From Actinomycetota bacterium (GTDB lineage: Bacteria; Actinomycetota; Acidimicrobiia; Acidimicrobiales; Acidimicrobilacustridaceae), in contig JBEGMF010000042.1 of assembly GCA_041183205.1 (NCBI GenBank), forward strand, positions 4,369-68,368: 64,000 nt of DNA, read 5' to 3'. This document shows positions 57,618 through 64,000 of the stretch, one piece after another. The position numbers and the translations under genes were made by a program. The notes beneath the pieces were generated by a model. It saw only the letters and a list, made by a program, of their open reading frames with translations, did no database searches and had not been told where the DNA came from. Each line of letters opens with the position of its first letter. Positions within the stretch are counted from its first letter, which is position 1.

Positions 57618-60194
57618 ATGACCGGAGAAGACACTTTCAATCAATGGCGCCTCGGACATGCGATTCGACCCGTTCGTTACGTCCTCGAACTCGCCCCCGA
57701 CTTACCGGCCGCCCAGTTCAGCGGCCAGGTCACCATCAATCTGCTGGTCGAGCAACACACTGATGTGATCGTCTGCAATGCACTCGATCTGGTTGTTTCC
57801 GCCGCCCGCGTTCAATTACACAACGGTCAAGAAATCGACGTCACGTCCATCGATTACCAACCAGAGACTGAACGCGTTTCTTTCACCTTGGCCTCTGAAC
57901 TCCCCTTAGGTGCCGCCGATCTCATCATCGATTTCTCTGGCGAACTAAACGACAAACTGCGGGGCTTTTACCGATCAACATTCACCGACAGCGAGGGCAA
58001 AGAACAGATCATTGCCACGACGCAATTTGAAGCGACCGATGCGCGTCGCGCATTTCCGTGTTGGGACGAACCCGAACACAAAGCCACCTTCGCGATTTCC
58101 CTCATCGTTGATGAAACCCTCACGGCTCTTTCGAACGCTCAAGAGATCTCACGTTCCGCCCACAGCCCCGGCAAAGTGCGCGTGCAATTCGCCGAAACAA
58201 TGGTGATGTCGACGTACTTAGTGGCCTTTGTGGTGGGTCCACTTGATGTCACCGACGTTCGCATGGTTGATGGAATTCCTTTACGTGTAGCCGCGCCCCG
58301 CGGAAAAACTCATCTCACCGATTGGGCGTTGGATTGCGGTGAGTTCGGTCTTCGTTATTTCGCTGATTACTACGGCATTCCCTATCCGGGAGACAAGTTG
58401 GATCTTGTGGCGGTTCCCGATTTTGCGTTTGGCGCCATGGAAAATCTTGGTTGCGTGACGTTCCGGGAAACACTTTTGTTAGTTGATCCCCAAACCACCA
58501 CTCAATCTGAGTTGCTCAATGTCACTGACGTGATTTTCCACGAACTCGCCCATATGTGGTTCGGCGATCTCGTCACCATGAAGTGGTGGAATGGCATTTG
58601 GCTCAATGAAGCGTTCGCCACCTTTATGGAATTAATGGCCACCGATGCGTATCGACCCGATTGGGAGCGTTGGGTCACGTTTGGTTTAGCGCGCACGGCC
58701 GCATTCGACACCGACGCATTACAAACAACGCGTCCCATCGAATACCCGGTCATTTCACCGGCCGACGCCGAAGGAATGTTTGACATTCTCACCTATGAAA
58801 AAGGTGCTGCGGTTGTACGCATGCTCGAGCAATACCTGGGCGCTGGTGCATTTCAAGCGGGTATCGCTCGATATCTGCAACAGCATGCATATGGCAATAC
58901 CGAAACAACTGATCTGTGGGATGCCATTGAAGAATCAGCGAACCAACCAGTGCGTCGCATCATGGACTCGTGGATTTTTAACGGCGGATTTCCAACCATT
59001 AGCGCTGAGATTGTCAATGACGGCCGAACATTGCGCTTAAGCCAGCGCCGGTGCCGCTATATCGACGACAACGAAACTGACGCGACTGCGTCAGAGGACG
59101 TGACCTGGCTCGTTCCGGCAATTATTTCGTTTCGCACGTCCCACGATCCCAATCCGATTGTCGAAAAAGTATTGATCGATCAACCAGTCGTCGATATCGA
59201 CTTACTTGATGCCGTGCTTTGGGTGCAGGTGAATGCCGAAAGCACCGGCTTCTATCGCGCCCGTTATGCCCATGACTTACTTGAGTCTTTACTTCGTCAT
59301 ATCGATGAACTTTCGGGACTTGAGCGCTATGCGCTTATCGACGATCTCTGGGCATCAGTACTAGCGGGTGATCTGGAGGCTCATGATTTCGTCGATGCAT
59401 TGCAGGCATTCCGCAATGAAACCGACTTATCGGTATGGCAACGCATCATCGCTGGACTTCATCAGTGTGAACGTCTTTGCTCAGAAGAGGCAAAAGCGGG
59501 TTTTCGCGCCGCAGCCACCAACCTTCTGCGGCCGATTTCCGAGCGATTAGGCACCGAACCCATCGAGGGCGAAAGTGATCGCCAGAACGCTCTGCGCGGC
59601 GTCATTTTTGAAGCCATGGGCGTAGTTGCGCACGATGCTGATAGTCGCGCCCGCGCGAAAGTCCTTTTAAATGTCGATGATTTCCATCCCGATCCCTCAC
59701 TAGTGGCTGCGTCAGTGAACATCGTCGCCGCTCACGGGACAACACAGGACTTCGATGACTTCGTTGCGCGCATGAACTCCGCTACTACTCCGCAAGAGCA
59801 ATTGCGATTCCTCAATGCTCTTGCCGATTTTCCGGGCGAGGACGAAATGCTCCGCTTCCTTGGCATGTGTTTAACCGATCAAGTGCGTACTCAAAATGCG
59901 CCACTGGTGTTACGACGCGCTTTGACGAACAAGACGCAAGGAACGATCGCCTGGCGTTTCATCACCGAAAATTGGAACGAGTTAACCACTCGCCTACCTT
60001 CAAACTCCATATCCCGCATGTGTGAAGGTGTGCGCAGTTTGCCGGCATCAGAAGTCAGCAACGTTCTAGCGTTTTTTGCCAGCCATCCCGTTCCCCAAGG
60101 CGAGCGCATCATTGCTCAACACTGCGAAAAATTGCGAGTTAATGCCGCACTTTTCGCTCGGGAACATCAACGTTTTAGTCGTCGATTTCTTTAA
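57618..60194 (+). CDS. pepN: M1-family aminopeptidase (PepN/puromycin-sensitive type)
   Basis: TQFE..DARRAFPCWDEP, GAMEN, HELAH-x18-E and YEKG motifs; ERAP-like C-terminus. Confidence 0.93.
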   Translation: MTGEDTFNQWRLGHAIRPVRYVLELAPDLPAAQFSGQVTINLLVEQHTDVIVCNALDLVVSAARVQLHNGQEIDVTSIDYQPETERVSFTLASELPLGAADLIIDFSGELNDKLRGFYRSTFTDSEGKEQIIATTQFEATDARRAFPCWDEPEHKATFAISLIVDETLTALSNAQEISRSAHSPGKVRVQFAETMVMSTYLVAFVVGPLDVTDVRMVDGIPLRVAAPRGKTHLTDWALDCGEFGLRYFADYYGIPYPGDKLDLVAVPDFAFGAMENLGCVTFRETLLLVDPQTTTQSELLNVTDVIFHELAHMWFGDLVTMKWWNGIWLNEAFATFMELMATDAYRPDWERWVTFGLARTAAFDTDALQTTRPIEYPVISPADAEGMFDILTYEKGAAVVRMLEQYLGAGAFQAGIARYLQQHAYGNTETTDLWDAIEESANQPVRRIMDSWIFNGGFPTISAEIVNDGRTLRLSQRRCRYIDDNETDATASEDVTWLVPAIISFRTSHDPNPIVEKVLIDQPVVDIDLLDAVLWVQVNAESTGFYRARYAHDLLESLLRHIDELSGLERYALIDDLWASVLAGDLEAHDFVDALQAFRNETDLSVWQRIIAGLHQCERLCSEEAKAGFRAAATNLLRPISERLGTEPIEGESDRQNALRGVIFEAMGVVAHDADSRARAKVLLNVDDFHPDPSLVAASVNIVAAHGTTQDFDDFVARMNSATTPQEQLRFLNALADFPGEDEMLRFLGMCLTDQVRTQNAPLVLRRALTNKTQGTIAWRFITENWNELTTRLPSNSISRMCEGVRSLPASEVSNVLAFFASHPVPQGERIIAQHCEKLRVNAALFAREHQRFSRRFL

Positions 60195-60200
60195 GTGCGG

Positions 60201-61169
60201 CTAAAGCCATTTCTTACGACGGAAATATATATAGAGGCCCGTCATGGCCAAAAGTATGGACAACAAAGCCGCCGGATAACCCCAACGTGAGTCGAGTTCA
60301 GGCATGTACTTGAAGTTCATCCCATAAATACCCGTGACGATGGTGGCCACGATCAAAATGGCGCCCCAGGACGTCATCTTTTTCATCACTTCATTCATAC
60401 GATTGGCACCCAGCGCCAAACTGGCATCAACAACACCCGCTGCCAATTCACGTTGCGTGTCGATTTGGTCGATGATGCGCAATAAGTGATCGAGAACATT
60501 TTCCAGATACACAATTGCTTCCATTTCCACCCAAGGAATCTCCCGACGCAATAGCGCCAAGACGACATCGCGGAGAGGGACAATACGCCGGCGCAACATA
60601 ATGGTGGATCGACGCAATTCGAGAAGTTCTTTTTGTAATCCCCCGTTCGGCGGAGGACCGACATCAAATAAGTTCTCTTCAATATCTTCTAAACGATCTT
60701 CGGCTTCGTCAATAACGGTGAAGTATCCGTCAACGACTTCATCCAAGATTGTGTAAAGAAGAAAACCAACTTTTGGATCAACCTCGCGTAGCCGTGAGTA
60801 ACGCTCTAAGACGGGCGCTTCATCAAATGCGAGGCCTACGTCGTTCTTTTCGCGTACCGTCACCAACCAGTTCTCGCCGAAGAAGACGTCGACTTCGGCC
60901 ATTTCTCCCTCTTCGACGCGTGCATACGAAACAAGGAATGCATGTGATGGGTAGCGCTCGAGTTTGGCGCGTTGTCCATGTTTCAATACATCTTCAACCG
61001 CTAACTCATGCAGATCCAAAATTGGAATCAAAAAATTAATGCTGTTGAGGTCTTCTCCCTCAATATCAATCCACACCAACGAGTCTTTTTGTTGTACGGC
61101 CGGAGCAACATCAGCAAGATTGTTCGATTCCGTTTGCGTACCTTCAGAAAAAATTCGAATAGTTGGCAT
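60201..61169 (-). CDS. corA: Mg2+/Co2+ transporter CorA
   Basis: QRAKLERY, YGMNF..MPEL motifs and two C-terminal TM helices. Confidence 0.93.
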   Translation of the reverse strand: MPTIRIFSEGTQTESNNLADVAPAVQQKDSLVWIDIEGEDLNSINFLIPILDLHELAVEDVLKHGQRAKLERYPSHAFLVSYARVEEGEMAEVDVFFGENWLVTVREKNDVGLAFDEAPVLERYSRLREVDPKVGFLLYTILDEVVDGYFTVIDEAEDRLEDIEENLFDVGPPPNGGLQKELLELRRSTIMLRRRIVPLRDVVLALLRREIPWVEMEAIVYLENVLDHLLRIIDQIDTQRELAAGVVDASLALGANRMNEVMKKMTSWGAILIVATIVTGIYGMNFKYMPELDSRWGYPAALLSILLAMTGLYIYFRRKKWL

Positions 61170-62804
61170 TTATTTTTGACTTTCCGCAAGTGAGCGTGAA
61201 TCGGCGTAGGACGCATCGGTTCCGTGACGGTCGAGACGATTAGCAAACTTCTGCGCGCCAAACGCTAATCCGGCGACTAGCAGGACAACCCCCAAGCCGC
61301 GTAAATGCGGATAACTCGTTGTCGACGAAAGAGAAATTGACGATGTCGGCCAGACGAAAAAAGAAACCGCAATACAAACGACAAAATATGAAGGCCGGTA
61401 GCGGCCCAATCCGCAAGCAGCAAGAAGAGCAAATCCTGTTGGCAAATACCACGGCCAAATAACCGGTCCCAAAATCACATAGGCCACCAACACCACCGCC
61501 GTAGCCTTAATGAATCCGACAAGCGGACTACGACGCAACATGATCAGCACGACAACAGCCGTCAGCAAGAGTCCAAGGCTGCGAACGCCGCCGGCCAAAC
61601 TTTGACCATCAATACGGATTCCGATTGTGTCCAAAATTTCCGAAATCGAAAATCCAATTTTTGTTGTTGGCGAATACGTATCGTTCACTTTTCCAGTACT
61701 GCGTAAGGCCGTTAGCCAACCCGGCCCAAGCCCTACCAGCCAACTCGCAACCACCAATGACAAGAAGGCCGTGGCCAGAACAGTTGCCGTAGTGCGTAAA
61801 CGCTCTTTGAAATCGCCTCGATCGTTCCAACACCAACCCAAATACAAAAGGGCAATCGCCGCTGGAATTTTCACGGCCGTTGCCGCAATGATGAGAGCAA
61901 CACCCCATTTTTTAAATCCGCGTTGTGCTAGCGCTAAGCCCGCCGCCAACAAGCCGAGCATGAGCGCATCGTTATGGGCGCCGCCGATGAGGTGAACAAT
62001 GACAACTGGATTCGCTAATCCAATAGCGATTGCTACTGCTGGCGACAAACCGTTAGCGGCGGCAATAAATCCGATGCCAACGGCGGCGACCGCAATTCCA
62101 ATCCAAACAAAGACTCGATAGATATTGATGGCGGCCGGCGCATTATGCCCGCTCAATTCAACAGCACTACGCGCCGTTGCCACCGCAACCGGCCCATAGG
62201 GAGCGGGCGATGGACGCCAATACGGATCAGCACCTGAAGTGAAATCACCGCGACCTAACGAAATCGGTCCTGTTGTACTCGGATCAATTCCGCGACTCGC
62301 CATCTCTCCTTGAGCAACATACGAATACACGTCGTTAGAAAGCAACGGTGGCCCAAGCGATACCGGAATTGCCCAAACGACTAACGCCAACGCAACGGTG
62401 ACGATTGCTTTTTTCGTTTCAAAGCGAGCAGCGACATAAATAAGCCCGAGCCAACTGAGAGCCAAGAGCGACATTCCGGTAACAAACCAAAATGACGACG
62501 CGGCGGCTGAACCGGGATGACCTATGCCAGGAACCGTTAATCGCCACGATGGAACCGCCAAACGCCAAAGTGGCGCTGATGCAGTGATCACCAAACTGCC
62601 AACAAAACCGGCGACGATTAAACCAAGGGGGATCCAAAACGAAACGTTGCCGCTGCGGCGCGGCGTCCATTTCGACTCAACCAAGGTGCGTTCGACTTGC
62701 GCCGCCGAAGGGCCAGCCCAAATTCGGCGGGTACGACTGGCGAGATATTTCCATTCCGGCGACTGCGTTACATAGTCTCGGACTTTTTCACTTACGGTCG
62801 CCAC
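61170..62804 (-). CDS. Polyprenol-phosphomannose-dependent alpha-1,6-mannosyltransferase-like (MptA/MptB, GT-C)
   Basis: PPLLSNDVYSYVAQG, PAPYGP, NP....H..GGAHNDALM, VK.PA and PWY motifs. Confidence 0.8.
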   Translation of the reverse strand: MATVSEKVRDYVTQSPEWKYLASRTRRIWAGPSAAQVERTLVESKWTPRRSGNVSFWIPLGLIVAGFVGSLVITASAPLWRLAVPSWRLTVPGIGHPGSAAASSFWFVTGMSLLALSWLGLIYVAARFETKKAIVTVALALVVWAIPVSLGPPLLSNDVYSYVAQGEMASRGIDPSTTGPISLGRGDFTSGADPYWRPSPAPYGPVAVATARSAVELSGHNAPAAINIYRVFVWIGIAVAAVGIGFIAAANGLSPAVAIAIGLANPVVIVHLIGGAHNDALMLGLLAAGLALAQRGFKKWGVALIIAATAVKIPAAIALLYLGWCWNDRGDFKERLRTTATVLATAFLSLVVASWLVGLGPGWLTALRSTGKVNDTYSPTTKIGFSISEILDTIGIRIDGQSLAGGVRSLGLLLTAVVVLIMLRRSPLVGFIKATAVVLVAYVILGPVIWPWYLPTGFALLAACGLGRYRPSYFVVCIAVSFFVWPTSSISLSSTTSYPHLRGLGVVLLVAGLAFGAQKFANRLDRHGTDASYADSRSLAESQK

Positions 62805-62840
62805 AACGAAAGGCTACCGAACTTAACGCTACGAGTTGGT

Positions 62841-64000
62841 TCAACTTCCGCGTCGACGAGGATTGTCCACGGTGCTATAGCCAATTACCGATTCAAACGA
62901 CTGTGAACGCCAATCGGATTCGATGAGTTCGATTTGATCAGTGGTGATCTTGGCTGGGTGATCGACTCCACACGCCCACGCCACACGTTCGATTTCATAG
63001 CGCAATGCCGCCAGATAGTTCGCACAACGAACTGATTTTGACGCCGGATCAAGACCGCGAGTCAGACGGGGATTTTGTGTGGCTACGCCTGTCGGACAAC
63101 GATCGGTATGACACCGCTGCGCTTGGATACATCCGATAGCGAACATGGCCGTACGCCCGACATTGATCATGTCGCATCCCATCGCAAACGCCGAGACTGC
63201 TGTTGCAGGCATGCCCAATTTTCCGGATCCAATGAAGACGACGTCATCAGTGATTCCCTGCTCACCGAAAGTTTCATAGACACGCGAAAAAGCGGTGCGA
63301 AATGGAAAGGCGACATGATCGGTGAAAACCAATGGTCCCGCCCCAGTGCCACCTTCACCGCCATCAATTACAAGAAAGTCCGGTCCGATTTTTTGTTCGC
63401 GCATTTTGGCAGCCAACTCGTTCCAAAACTTTTGTTCACCAACGGCTGATTTCAATCCAACAGGCAAACCCGTTGCGCCGGCCACGGTCTCAACAAATTC
63501 AAGGAGGGAATCAACATCATGAAAGGCGGTATGTCCGGCTGGACTTTTGCATGTTTCGCCTTCGGGAATTCCGCGAGCGTCGGCAATCTCTTTTGTCACT
63601 TTCACTCCGGGCAGCAAACCCCCGAGTCCAGGCTTCGCGCCTTGCGAAAGTTTCACTTCAATCGCTTTTACCGGCGCCGACGAAACCGTCTCCAAAAGTC
63701 GTTCCAGAGAAAACTTTCCTTCCGGCGTTCGACATCCGAAGTAACCAGTTCCGATCTGAAAAACCAGATCACCACCTTGTTTATGGTGAATTGAAAGCCC
63801 GCCTTCACCCGTCGATTGCATGGCGCCGGCCAATTTGCAACCGGCATTCAACGCCTCAACCGCCGGACCACTAAGTGATCCAAAACTCATCCCCGAAACA
63901 TTCACCACGGAGTTCGGGCGAAAAGCGTGTTTACGGCCATGTGACGCACCAAGAACTTTGAGTGCCGGAAGTGATCGATTGATATCAGGGTGTCCAGGAT
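62841..64000 (-). CDS. FMN-binding glutamate synthase family protein (5' end beyond the window)
   Basis: MSFGSLS, TGEGG, EVKLSQGAKPG, DGGEGGTGA and GCIQAQRCHT.RCPTGVATQ motifs. Frame open to the window edge. Confidence 0.9.
   Translation of the reverse strand, partial: PGHPDINRSLPALKVLGASHGRKHAFRPNSVVNVSGMSFGSLSGPAVEALNAGCKLAGAMQSTGEGGLSIHHKQGGDLVFQIGTGYFGCRTPEGKFSLERLLETVSSAPVKAIEVKLSQGAKPGLGGLLPGVKVTKEIADARGIPEGETCKSPAGHTAFHDVDSLLEFVETVAGATGLPVGLKSAVGEQKFWNELAAKMREQKIGPDFLVIDGGEGGTGAGPLVFTDHVAFPFRTAFSRVYETFGEQGITDDVVFIGSGKLGMPATAVSAFAMGCDMINVGRTAMFAIGCIQAQRCHTDRCPTGVATQNPRLTRGLDPASKSVRCANYLAALRYEIERVAWACGVDHPAKITTDQIELIESDWRSQSFESVIGYSTVDNPRRRGS

Overview
Gene-dense, mostly core-genome window from an actinobacterium, most likely class Acidimicrobiia. 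This is inferred from the bS22 and bL37 ribosomal proteins, the DUF501-ppx and rpf-ksgA-ispE synteny, the LLM oxidoreductases and pervasive leaderless TAnnnT promoters. It carries the conserved backbone rsmI...metG-tatD-rpf-rsmA-ispE, tRNA-Gln, glmU-prs-rplY-pth, mfd-PPIase-mazG-eno-divIC...DUF501-ppx and tRNA-Leu(UAA). It also has ethylmalonyl-CoA-pathway-like genes (mcd, mcl, mcl2), acyl-CoA and beta-oxidation genes, a form II cox-like molybdo-hydroxylase cluster inserted inside the eno-divIC-DUF501-ppx operon, a KimA-like transporter, an MBOAT/SGNH acylation pair, queF, pepN, corA and an Mpt-like glycosyltransferase. I saw no CRISPR array, integrase, transposase or prophage. The most notable unexplained signals are: (1) a self-contained ~130-nt structured sRNA candidate with its own promoter and terminator beside tRNA-Leu, near an Fe-S Cas4/AddB-like nuclease; (2) an RBS-sequestering, possibly switchable leader on the rpf-rsmA-ispE unit; (3) an orphan KdpE-like regulator with a natural Asp52->Glu change, preceded by an 18-bp perfect palindrome; (4) a GlmU lacking its acetyltransferase active-site region; (5) tiny genes missed by the ORF track (bS22, and bL37 coupled to queF) and a 48-aa membrane peptide in the cox cluster. 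All family calls come from motif recognition by eye; no searches were run.
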